Source: Macrostomum hystrix
Lineage: Eukaryota > Animalia > Platyhelminthes
Assembly (NCBI GenBank): GCA_950097015.1
Contig: CATNEN010000020.1
Location: 31,025 to 95,024, forward strand
Length of the DNA stretch: 64,000 bases
Reading direction: 5' to 3'
In this document: positions 49,077-62,000 of the stretch, one piece after another
Numbering within the stretch: the stretch's first letter is position 1
Layout of the letters: every line of letters begins with the position of its first letter
Position numbers and translations under genes: made by a program
The notes under the pieces: model-generated
What the model was told of the DNA's origin: nothing
Seen by the model: the letters and a program-made list of their open reading frames with translations, nothing else
Database searches by the model: none

Positions 49077-52000
49077 CTACTGCACGCGGCATCCGCTGGA
49101 GTTCTCCACGCGGCTCATGCGCCACTGACTGACCAAACGGGCGATTTTCATCCCAGCCGCCATCGACAGGTTGGTGGCCTCGTCACCGCCACCGGCGGCT
49201 CGGTTTCGATGCACGAGAGCCACGCTTCGGCTGGGCAGTGCGGCCAAGTGCTCGGCGAAGTCCGGCTCGGCCGGATCCGCGATCGCCAGCATGGTCAGCG
49301 AGCCGTCGACTCCGCCGCAGACAACGCCGCGACCGTCGACAGATCCGACGAGAGCTTTGACCTCAGCGTGCACCTTGTAGTCGGCTAGCAGAGCCCCGTC
49401 GGACATTCGAATCAGGCGGACCGTTTTTCGACCACTGTGAAAGTGCACAATGTACTTGTCGTTGTTGGTGAACACTGTCAGGCTGGGAAAAACGCCGTCG
49501 GCGGCCAAGCGGCGCAGGATCCACTTGGATTGCTGCGGCTTGCGCAGATCGAGCAGCTTCACGCCGCCAATCAGCGGGGAGAAGAGACCGTAAGCGCCAT
49601 CAGAGGTGACAGCGCCCTGCCACTCCGGAACCGAGCGCACCACCGCTTTCTTTTTAACGTCCCAGATCTGTCCGCAGTCCTCGGTGATGAGGCCGAGCCA
49701 GGCCGGTTTGCCGGGAAGCGGGACCAGCTGGCGCACCGGCTTGGCCTCGTTGCTGAGGCGCGGCTTCGTTTTGACAAGAAAAGCACCTGATACGGCGTCG
49801 TAAAACGAGACGATGAAGTCGTCGTCTTTTGCTGAGCATGGAACGAGAAGCTGATGGCTGTCTAAAGCAAAGACCGGCGCAACAAACTCGGCGCCGTGGT
49901 AGTACTCAAACTCGAAAAGCAGCTCACCGGCTGGCATCGAATAACAACTCAATGTTGTGCTCTTGGAAGTTCTCTTCTCGGCGCTGACAGCGACAAGCTT
50001 GCTGCCGTCCTTAGACAACTCCAGAGCCTCCACGGGGCCCCCGTCGCGGCTGTGCGTTGCCACGCACTCCGGCAGGCGCCAAAAGACAAGCCGGCGGCTG
50101 TCCCCTGATACCGCTGTTGAAGCATCGTGCGAGATGATCGTCTTGAAGATTATAGCATTGCCACTGGCTGAGAAGGTTTTCAACAGATGACCTCGCTGGA
50201 GGTCCCATAGGCCCAGGTAGGTTCGGGCAGCTGTCACGGCCGTTTTTCCATCCTTAGCCAGCGAAATCGAGTCGATTGGCTTCTCCATGTGGTGAATGTT
50301 GTACACGCGCTCCATTATATTGTTGAAGTTCCACACCTTGATGGTCTTGTCCATGGCAGAGGAGACGATGCGGTGCAGTGGCGCCGAACTTGTCAGGGCA
50401 ATGACCCGACCGAAGTGAGCGTCCAGCTTCTTCATCAAGGTGCCCGTCTTGCACGAGTAAGCCAACACAAGGTGACGCACTGCGGCTATCATAAACTCGT
50501 TGCCGCGGCTCAGCACGATCAGGTTCTGCATTGGGTTTCTGTTGGGAATGTTCTGACAGCCCTTGGGCAGCTGGGCGCGAGCGCATGGCCGATTCGCCGC
50601 AGCCAAGTGCCACAGTTTGAACTCGTTGGAGCAGGCAGCCACAAGAACATTCTCATCGTCGCTAAGCGTCAGACTGCAGAACTCGTCTGTATTGTCGACA
50701 TAGGTTTCTTCTCGAACGCCGAAGACAATGTCCTCAACGTTGCCTTCTGGGGTTTTCAGATAGCGATGAATAGCAAAGTCAAACGAAGAATCCTCCGAGC
50801 AACGCTCTGCCACAAAAAACTGGCGCCGGCCCATCGCCAGACCCGTGTGGTACTTTAGACTGCGAGAGACGTCTCGGCAAAAGTACAGCTTGAAATCTCT
50901 TGTCGTGGACGAGTCGCTGCCGTCGCCGTTGGAGCCTCGCGTATCGTCGGTGACAATGGACGTGCAGAAATAAAACTCGCCATCAGCCGCGCCACCGCCG
51001 CCGCCACCGCTGCCGCCGCCGCCGCCGCTGCCGCCGCCGCCGCTGCCGCCGCCGCCGCCGCTGCACTCTCCGCGGTAGCCAAAGTGAATGATCTCCTCTC
51101 GACAGCCGGCTTCTTCCGCTGCGAGCTGACTGGAGCGCGTCAGCTCCGCCGCATGGCTGAATTCAGACCAGCCGTGCGCAGTGAAGGCCAGGCAGGCCGT
51201 TGAAGTGACCAGAACCCCACGGATCTCTGCCTCCTTGGGCATGTCGTGAAACCGATGCTCGCCAGAGACCAGGTCGGTGAACACCAACTGGTTGTTGCTT
51301 GTGTAGCTGACTGCCCGCCTGTCTTCTGCATCGAAAGCCATGCCTCGAGTGATGCCTTGCAGACCGTGCATCGGAATGCTGCGAAATATCTCGCCAGTCT
51401 GCAGGTCCCAAATGATGAACTGGTTGGACACTGACACCAGGTACTTGCTGTCGCTGGTCACCTGCATTCCGTAGCAGGCGAACTGATGACCCTCAAGCGA
51501 GTACTCCAACGGGCCGCCTGGCGTGTACAGGTAGTGGTGACCGGGAACCAAAGCGCAGTGAGTCGGTCCCTGACGGTCGCATTCTTGAATGAGCCGTCGC
51601 ACCTTTTCAAAGTTGGCGTAGTACGGAAGCAGTCGCCCACTCACCTGCGGCCCCAGCATGTTCGGACTCTTGGTGATTATGCTAGCCGAGAGACGAAGGC
51701 ACTCGCTGAGAATCCGGGCGTCCCTGTCGTTCGTCTTGGCGATCATGCTGTCCAGATCTGACAGCAGCGCCTGAAGAGGAAACGCGCTCAGCTTGGCGTG
51801 CAGGAACTGGTAGTTGAACAGGCACTCGCTCGCCAGTTCTGCCATGCGGCCCGACTTCAGCAGCTGGAAGGGCAGCTCGCTCAGCTTGCGCAGGTTGTAT
51901 CGAGCTGTGCGCGCCGCACCGTCGTTTAGACGCAGCGGCTGCGGCGGCACCATTCGATCGCTCTCCGAGTTGACGTCCTTGAGGCCGAATCGCTGCTTCT

Positions 52001-55000
52001 GCAGCTCACTGTAGGCAAATGGCTTGGCCACCCCGGCCCACTTTCCCAGGTAATAATCGGCCAGGTTTGAGTGAATGCTCGACTTGAAGTTCAAGTTCTT
52101 GAAGTATCGCTTCTCGCACACCTGGAAGAACTGTCTATGGTACCAGTAGACAACGCTAACTCCGTCGGCCTCCTTCTCGACCAAGAAGCCAGGCAGTTCG
52201 CTACGGATGCGGGTCCACAGCAGCGGCGGGATGCGTCTGCTAGGTGGCAGGTGGTACTGATAGACATCGTTCAGGACCTTCTCATCCAGTGATAGATTGT
52301 CCTCGAGCTCGGACTCAGAGATGCCACTTTTTGAGGCTGTGATGTAGGAGAATGCGTGCGTCACCAGAATAAGACCATGCTGGTTCTCAATGCGCTGAAA
52401 CAGTTGCATGATGCTGTCGAAGATGTTGAAAGATAGAACATTCTTCTCGGGCGAATCGTAAGATCGCCACCGAGTGATCTCATCGAACACGATTTTGATA
52501 AACAGAGGCGAGGTGCACTTGGAGATGGCCTTATCCACCACCTGCCACTGCGACTCCGTGATGCTGCGATTTGCCGCTCGCAGCCGCACCCGAAGCACCT
52601 CCAGCGACAGGGGCTTGCCGAGGTCATCGAGCTTCAGAAAGTTATCAGCGGTGGACACCTTCAGCTTGAGAGTCTTCAATAGGCCATAAAAATTCGGCAG
52701 CGAAGACACGACGACCTTGACATTCGGCGGAAGCGCGTCCGGCAGCCACAATAGCAGATGAGCATTGTTCTCTGGTGATAACTCTTCTAGGGAGTCCAAG
52801 AACACCAGCAGTGGCCTCTGCGGTGTGGCGAAGGTCATGAGCTGCTTGAAGTGCTGGATGAGCCGCGGCAGCTCCTCAGGGATGTCCGCGGTGCGCTGGT
52901 CATAGAGGAAACTCAACTGGCGGCACAAACTGGTGAGCAGGACGCCCAAGGACGAACTCTGAGGAGACGTACCCAATAGTCGGAAAACAATGCAGGGCTC
53001 CAACCGCGGCTGCTGCTCATCCAGCCAGTTCCGCACCTGGAAGGTGATTAAGAACGCGAAGCCAAGTTCAAAATTTGTAGATTTTCTGAAAAGGCCAACT
53101 GGCTTCCCTAATTTCGACTCACCTCCCCGCATGACTTGGCCATCAGCGAAGTCTTTCCACAGCCGGGTTTGCCATAGAGTACAAAGATTCGCCGGTTTTC
53201 TACACTCCGACAATAGTCGCGCACCTTCAGCAAGTCGGCCTCGCGACCTTGAAATATCTGCAAAGCCCGCACGCCAACAGTTTGAGCGACGCAACACTAC
53301 TTATAGTAGTGATTAAAGTACTGACTAAGGTCGATAACATCGTTCTCACCTCGCATAACTTTGCGCACACAAGTAGGTGCTGCAAAATTTCCGACAGCGT
53401 GACGTCCTTGGAAACCAGGCGGTTTCTACGGGCGCCCCGGTCAATGAGGTGCACAAGGCGGGTGTAGAACGTGTCGCAAAATTCGTCTATGTACTCTGAA
53501 AGTTTAATCGGTCTTAAGTAAGGTAAGTAAAGTAAAGTTTAATCATTTACAGGACATGCTTTAGTCCTGTAAATGTAATTGTACTTGCAAAATAAAAGTA
53601 AATGTAATTGTAAAATATTTCAATATTTCAACATTAACCGACATGATGGCCAGAATAAACACAAGTGTATCCATCTATTCCTAGAAAACATTGCTTATTA
53701 TTCACATTGCTATACTGTGTACACAGGACATTGTGCGGGGGTCGACATGGCAAAAAGCTTTGGTGATTCAAATTGCGTTGTCAGTAATGCAGGAAAGATA
53801 TCGACAAGCGATGCCTGTCACAGGGTCGTGACTTGGACTTTTGTGTGACTTTTTTGACGATTTAAGAAATTTATGGACCAAGAATTGGGTAAAATCAGAT
53901 TTTTGAAAATTGCTGTATTCAAGTTTACAACTATAAAGAAACGATGCACATAGTAGGACAAAGTGTCTTCCCTGGCGCAGCGCGCTGATTGGTCCGTGAG
54001 GGAGGTGGGTTGGGAGGGGTTGGTGTGCAGGGGTGGAGAGGTTTGAGGGTCTGAGTTTAGGTTTGGTGGGGTAAGAAGGGATTTCTATTTAACAACAATT
54101 TCTTATACTTATGACTTTATATATTCTACGTTAATGTTAAAGATTACAAGGTCCTATTACCTGAAATCCTGCTTCAGTAAAATTAGGGGAGGGGGTTAAC
54201 CAGTCACAAATTGAGGTTTTTCGCTAATTTTTGGGCCCTTTAAACTAGGCATGGCCCAGCTTTTCCAACTATAGAAATTTGAAATCACTTCTGTGCGTAT
54301 CCAGGTGGATTCCAGACGGATCGACCCACGGCTGCGAGTAGCGAATGATCGAGGACGCCCGAAGGCGCTCTGGTATCTTCCTGTCGCGCAGGTCGTCCAT
54401 CAGCTGCTGACCCTCCCGGTCGACCTCCGAGCCAGACATGTCGATGAAGTTGCGAGCCACGCGCCAGTTCTCCAGGCTGATGCCATTCAGCTGGCGCAGG
54501 AAGGCCAGTGTGTGGCGGTGGTTGTCCGGCGCCGTCAGGATGCCGTGAATGTTCTCGCGCTCCGTCACTGCAGTCAGAGTGTAGGTGAGTTCAGGTGAGT
54601 GCAGATGAGTGCACGTTGAGTGCACGTTGTGCAGATGAGTGTTGGTAAGTGTAGTTGAGTGCAGGTGAGTGCAGTTGAGTTCAGGTGAGTGCAGGTGAGT
54701 GCTGGCTAAGTGGACGTTGTGCAGGTGAGTGCAGGTGAGTTTAAGTGAGTGCAGGTGAGTGCAGGTGAGTGCAGGTGAGTGCAGGTGAGTGCAGGTGAGT
54801 GCAGGTGAGTTCAGGTGAGTGCAGGTGAGTTTAGGTTAGTGCAGGGGAGTCCAGGAGAGTACAGGTGAGTTCAGGTGAGTTCAGGTGAGTGCAGAGGAGT
54901 TCAACAGAATGCAGGTAAGTGCAGGTGAGTTCAGGTGAGTGCAGGTAAGTTTAGGTTAGTGCAGGGGAGTCCAGGAGAGTACAGGTGAGTTCAGGTGAGT

Positions 55001-58000
55001 TCAGGTGAGTGCAGAGGAGTTCAACAGAATGCAGGTAAGTGCAGGTGAGTTCAGGTGAGTGCAGGTAAGTTTAGGTTAGTGCAGGGGAGTCCAGGAGAGT
55101 ACAGGTGAGTTCAGGTGAGTTTAAGTGAGCGCAGGTGAGTTTAAGTGAGTGCAGGTGAGTGCAGGTGAGTGCAGGTGAGTGTAGGTGAGTTCAGCTGAGT
55201 GCAGGGGAGTCCAGGAGAGTACAGGTGAGTTCAGGTGAGTGCAGGTGAGTTCAGGTGAGTGCAGGTGAGTTTAGGTTAGTGCAGGGGAGTCCAGGAGAGT
55301 ACAGGTGAGTTCAGGTGAGTTCAGGTGAGTGCAGGGGAGCTGAGGTGAGTGCAGGTGAGTGCAGGTGAGCTCAGGTGAGTGCAGGGGAGTTCAGCAGAAT
55401 GCAGGTGAGTGCAGGTGAGCTCAGGTGAGTGCAGGTGAGCTCAGGTGAGTGCAGGTGAGTGCAGGTGAGCGCAGCTGCTCCTAAGGTATGAGCTATTCTG
55501 CTGCTATGTGGCAGACTCCGACCTTGGCAAAGGCCTTACTCACCCGACATGAAATAGTTGTGCCTTTGATCTGCGTCAATTTTCTCCTGGTCAAAGAGTG
55601 CATCGGCAGCCCGGCGAAAGATGCCCTGCATTTTGGTCATTGTGGACCACCACTCATTCTGGTGTGCCTCCATCATCTTTTGCATTCCCTGTGAGCAGGT
55701 AACAGGTTTGAAAACAGGTATCGTAACAACTTTTTTTCGATAAATGTCGGACATTACAATAGAAAAATGATAGCATCTAGGTACGAGTTAAACAGGTATT
55801 ATTATATCATTACGAAGCACTCAGACATTTGTGGAGAAAAATATGGAGTCTACTCATCGTCTGAGATAGACTGGCACAGTTATACCAATGTCAGCAGAGC
55901 TGTTAACTCGCTTGCCCGTCACACCTAATGTCCTTCTAATGTCCTTCTAATGTCCTTCTAATGTCCTTCTAATGTCCTGAGTTTGACTTCGCAACCCTGG
56001 AGAAAGTGCTTGGGGCTTGTTGTGAATTCCATGCTCTTGAAACGATACAACCTCCAAGGCACAGTGAAAAATTCAGGGCAGATGTACATTCGTGTGTCAG
56101 TGTCGTGTAGATCGCCTCTTATTGGCTGCGGGTCGACTTGGACAAAATAATGTGCCCTCTTCCCTTCTGCAAATTATTATTCATGTATTGTGTGCTTGTT
56201 ATTCGGCTGTCACTTAGTAGAGTAGGTAGCGGGGTTGTAGCCTAGTGGTTAGAGCGTCGGACTGACGACTTGAAGGTCGGGGGTTCGATTCCCGACACTT
56301 CACTGGAACTATTTGTGTCTTTAAGCAATGCACTTAACTCTGCAACGCTGCAGTTTCATCCAGCTGTATCTGGGGTAATTGAGGGTGGCGTCCCCCCAGT
56401 CCATGGACTGAACAGCCGTACGCAGTCTTCAGCTGCGCCGTGCAATAGCTGCGGCTGCGCTGTCGGCTGCACATTTATCGACCCGGTTGTGGTAAGTGTA
56501 ATCAATTATTATAATTAACAATTAGACAGTAGATACGACATACGACATTAGACATTTTTGTAAAATGCTACCAAGAACAAAACTAATACTTTTTGAGCTA
56601 AAAACATGGACTCTAATTCAGTATAAAATGCGCTTTCATTCAATTTCGCACTCATAGACTGTCAGTAACTATGAGAGCATCTAGAAAATATAAAACTAAC
56701 TGCAGAAATTTGCTTTCGCAGATAACTACGCATGATGATTACGAACCTTTTCCTGAAATCAATGGATGATTTAAACAAATTATTCAGAAAAGTTTCAGCT
56801 AGTGTAGATGCAGAAGCAAAAGTGGAGGCTCCACTCACCTTGTTGTTGAAGTGAATCAAAATCGACGATATTGGCTGCAGCACCTGTACAGGCGGCACAA
56901 TGTTCGCGTCCAGCTTGTACCACCGCTCCAGGCAGGCTGCGTCCTCCGCCGAGCTCTGGCGTACAGCCTCCAGGATGAGATCGAATTCCTGGGCGTCAAT
57001 CAGCGTAGGAAACGGCCGGTAGCCGTACTTCTGACCGAGCAGAACCACGAAGTTCGGACCCACGCTAACGCGCTGGCAGGTTTTGATCTCCCGCAGGCAC
57101 AGCTCTGTGGTCATGTGGTCATCTGTGGCCTCATCGCGAACACCCCAGCGCATGTCAACGACCTGGCGATTCAGATTGGACGCAGTTTTCGGAACGCAAA
57201 CACGATAATAATAATTGCAGAAGGGCTGCGGGCAACGGCACATCATTTGGTGACACTAGAACCCCAGCCAGCGAGGAGGCAATTCTGCCCATTTCGCTGA
57301 CTCCTGAGCACACACGCACACAGATACTGTATGCAGGCACACACTCACACAGGTGTGTACATCTTTCCTGACTCTCTTATCGTCAGGCAGTGTACACTCT
57401 CACTGTGCCTTTGAGGTTGGCCCTCAAGGGCCTAAATTTCGCGACCAGCTTTAAGCCTTCTCTCCGAGGCTGCGCCCCAAGTAAATGTGGCCTCGCCGCG
57501 GAATCAAGCTCAGGGACCTTGGTGCGAGAGGCAAACGTGTTATAACGCTTTGCAACTCAACGCTCAACAAAATACCGAACAAATAGGAGAGAAAAATTGT
57601 CACCTGAAACTCGAGTCCGTGCTTCTCGCGACAGTACTCCTTGATCTTCGGATAGATTGTCTCCATCAGAGAGTTACGCTCAACTCCGGTGTCTAGAGTT
57701 CAGAGAAAGTTTAACAAAACAGCTCGAATTGATTTCGAATGAAGATTCTGTGATAAACATTCAAAATATTTGAGTACTACTCAAGTTGGTGTGAACCTGT
57801 GAAGGTGGAGCTGGTGAATATGCGCACGATCTTGCTGGGCATCGCTGGCAAATCCTCCAGAGACCCGCCGAACACCGAGTCGACCGTCGGGTGCCTGCCC
57901 CGGCTAAGCGGACCCGTCAGCAGCTCCAGCTCCGGCAGGTCGTCATCTTCGTCTTCGGCGGCCAAAAACTCCTCAGCGGCCTCTAAATCTTCTTCCTCGC

Positions 58001-58591
58001 CGAGGTCTTCACCATCGTCTATCGGCATCTCGACGTCACCGTCGTCTGAGTCAAGAGTTGCCGCACCAGTTGCTGCGATAGGCGTTGATGTCTCAGCTGT
58101 TTTGTCACCGGCGTCGTCAGCAGCAGTCTCGTCGAAGGCTGCGGTTTCGGCCCCTTCGAAAGGCTCAGCTTGTTCCTGACTCTGCGGATCTTGCTGATCC
58201 TGTTGAAGCCAGTTTTGCGGAAGCTGCTGCAGCTGCTGAGGCAGCTGATGATGCTGCGACTGCTGATGATGCTGCGACTGCTGAAGCAACTGTTTGAGTA
58301 GCTGTAGCTGCTGCTGTTGCTGCTGCTGCTGCTGAGGTTGCTGATTTTGCTGCGACTGCTGAAGCAATTCCTGTATTAGCTGCCGCTGCTCAGGTTGCTG
58401 TAGCTCCTGTGAAATGCTTGACTGCTGAAGCAGCTGTTGTAGAATTTGTTGCTGCTGTTCCTGTTCTGGTATCGGATCAAGTGGCTGGTGTAGCTCGGTA
58501 TGGAGTTGTTGCTGATTCCTAAGCGTCTGTTGCACCCGTTGCGGTTGCTGCAGACTTTGCTGCTTTTGAACTGGCGGCTGCAACCCTAAAA

Positions 58592-58631
<40 letters not shown>

Positions 58632-58954
58632 ATCTAAGTTCAAGGGCTGATTTTGTTGAACAAGCTGCTGCAAGAGCTGCTGCTGCGATGAGTTGTGCTC
58701 AAGTTGCTGTGGTCGCAATTTGAGAAGCTGCAGTAGCTTTTGCTGCTGTGCACTTTGCGGTGCCAGCTGAAGCAGCTCTTGAAACGATTGAGGCTGTGAC
58801 AGCATTTGCTCTTCGACAGTAGGATTGCCTGTCGCAGCATCTCGCGGTGGGTCATTTCTGCGATCTCCCAGATGAGTCTCTATACTTTGCTGCTGCTGCT
58901 GCGTTGGAGGCAGCACAGGAAATTGACCGCGTCTCAAGTTCATTTCAGTCTGAC

Positions 58955-59000
<46 letters not shown>

Positions 59001-62000
59001 AAGCTGTTGCAGACGCGGAGGCATTCTCATTGGCAGCTTGACCTCCGGCAGTGATCCAAAGCTGAACTGCTGCTGATGATTCTGGAGCTGCCCCTGTTGA
59101 TGCTCGAGCCTTTGCTGCTGCTGCTGCTGCTGCAGGTTTTGCAGGTACTGCGGCTGCCTTGGCGGCTGTTTGGACTCTGAAAGTGCACCAAATTCGACGC
59201 GTTTCAGCGTCTGCTCGCCGGGTGGCTCAGCGATGGACTCCAACTGGTGGCCAGCGAACTCTTGCGGCTTGCGGCCTCGCCTGCACCGACCGGCCTCGCT
59301 GCGCCTCGATGCATTGCGCCCCGGGCCGGGCCCCGGATACAGACGGCCCAGCGAGAACTCCTCAGCGGCCTGGCTGGGCGTCATGCCGCTCAGCGTCTTG
59401 GAAAAGCTCGGCTGCGCCGAGGGAATCGCGCCGGACTGAGCGGCTGGCAGCTCGCCGGTGTCGCCAAGGTGAGCCAGCCGGATGTTGACCACCTGCGGCC
59501 GCTCCGGCCGATTGTCACGCGATCGATGCCTCGATCGTTTCGCCCTGAGATCCGCAGCGACGCCGCCGTCGGCTGCTTCTAAGCTCGTCGTCGGCAAACT
59601 GCCCGGCTTCAACGACTGCGACAGCTCCTTGGACAGTCGAAACTCGAGCTCCTGACCACCGGATAGCAGGATCATCACCTCGGGAGGCTGCGACCCCTGA
59701 TTGCCAGATTCGTCGGCGTGCGAGCCGACTGGCCCTGACACGGCCTGCAGACTGCTCTTCTTCAGGGTCACTGCCGACAGATCAAAGAGAATCAGCATGA
59801 GATTCATGAGATGTGAGACTGTTGTGATCTGAGTACAACCAGGTCTGATTCATGAGTTATGAAATTTAGGATGATGCCGACACCTGAGGCCATCTTAAAG
59901 TACTTGCTAATCAGATTCCATTATCTCGCCGTCTCACCTGGAGGCGGCGTACCGCTGATTGACACCTTCCAGAGGCTCTTGGTCTGCGGCCGGGGTCGCG
60001 GCCCCAGCTCCATTAGGCGTCTGGAGAAATAATTGTTGACAACTTTTTGTTTTCATGATTTTGTTTTTAGAATAAACTCACGAATGGAATTTCATTCTAG
60101 GAGTAAAGCTATAGTTTAGATAGAGCTTGTGATGTACTTTTAAATGAGCGTCTAGAGATTGACGTTAATTTGGCGATTGAAATGTACTTTAAAGGCGACG
60201 ACACATAAGTACTTTGCTGTGACATGTGACATCTACACGCGACCGATGAATTTTTTAGGAAAACAAAAAAAACTTTTCGAAATCCTTGAGATTGAAAAAT
60301 TCATTAGATTGATAAATCCATGAGACTGATAAATCAATGAGTCTGAGATTAATAAATCAATGAGATTGATAAATCAATGAGTGTGAGATTGATCAATCCA
60401 TGAGACTGATTAATCCATGAGTCTGATAAATCAATGAGATTGATAAATACAAGAGACTGATAAATCAATGAGACTGATAAATCAATGAGTTTGATAAATA
60501 CAAGAGATTGATACATACAAGAGATTGATAAATCAATGAGACTGATAAATCCAAGAGATTGATAAATCCACGAGATAGATAAATCAATGAGATTGATGAA
60601 TCCATGAGACTGTTAAATCCATGAGACTGATGAATCCATGAGTCTGATAAATCAATGAGATTGATAAATACAAGAGACTGATAAATCAATGAGACTGATA
60701 AATCAATGAGACTGATAAATCAATGAGATTGATAAATACAAGAGACTGATAAATCAATGGGTTTGATAAATACAAGAGATTGATAAATTCATGAGTCTGA
60801 TAAACACAAGGGATTGATAGATCCATAAAATTTATAAATCAATGAGATTGATAAATCCATGGGACTGATAAATCAATGAGATTGATAAATACAAAGAGAT
60901 TGATGAATCCATGAGACTGATAAATTCATGAGACTGATGAATCCATGAGACTGATAAATCCATGAGACTGTTAAATCCATGAGACTGTTAAATCCATGAG
61001 ATTTCGGAAATCTATGACATTGGGGAAACGCGGGAGCAGTTGAATATTGCGGCAATCTCAGTAATTAATATGCATGCGAGGCGAATAAAGCAAATAGATC
61101 ATATCAGAAGAGTAACTAATTTAGCCAATAGTTGTAAATCAGAACAGAGGAAGCCGTATTAGTATAAGTACATTTTATGACAACTAACAAAGCACAGTAG
61201 CAACAATTTTTAGTTTATTAACTGTAGAAAGTTCACGGAGGTATTTCAAGCACCCACTGTCCGATTCAACAACCTCCAGAGTCACAAAACATCGGCATCG
61301 CCGAGATATTCAACGATTCTCGTCTGGCAAGAACCACAAATATGGGGCATATTTCAATATGTCATTGTTAGTAATTTTGTATTTAAATAGTTAATTGTTG
61401 TATTTTTGGGCAGTGGGTATTTGAAATACCCCCCTGGTGTTTTACTGTCAAGTGATAGCTAATTCGAACTACGAGATAAGCGAATATTGGGTCAATGGAT
61501 TCTACTTATTTGCAGTGCGAAGTACCTGTTTAGTAACTGGCTGAAATGTGTGAGTATTTTGTGGCCAGCAAGTTAGAAACAATTGTTTAGTAAAGTTCAG
61601 AAAATCGTTTGCTCAAAAAATGCTGAAAACCCACTTACCTTGAAATGCTGCGTCCCTTATACACTGAAAAATGGAAGAGGTAAACACTTTAATGTGCGAA
61701 TTTTCTCATGCAACTAAGACAGTAGTATTGTATCATAGAACACTCTTGTCTAACACTGAACACTCTTGTCTAACACTGAACACTCTTGTCTAACACTGAA
61801 CACTCTTGTCTAATACTGAACACTCTTGTCTAACACTGAAGACTCTTGTCTAACAATGAACACTCTTGTCTAACACTGAACACTCTTGTCTAACACTGAA
61901 CACTCTTGTCTAACACTGAACACTCTTGTCTAATACTGAACAATCTTGTCTAACACTGAAGACTCTTGTCTAACAATGAACACTCTTGTCTAACACTGAA

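Noticed and set aside
49077-53297. 1406-aa ORF as a complete gene starting at 53297
   Set aside because: Its first ~87 codons are intron or out-of-frame exon sequence. The Walker A exon (53123-53257) is in another frame and the true terminal exon starts at 53036.
56230-56305. Functional tRNA genes here and at 28033, 43955 and 63804
   Set aside because: Acceptor and anticodon stems do not pair properly, the anticodon loop differs between copies (CTCACGA vs CTGACGA), and each head continues into a shared SINE body and tail.
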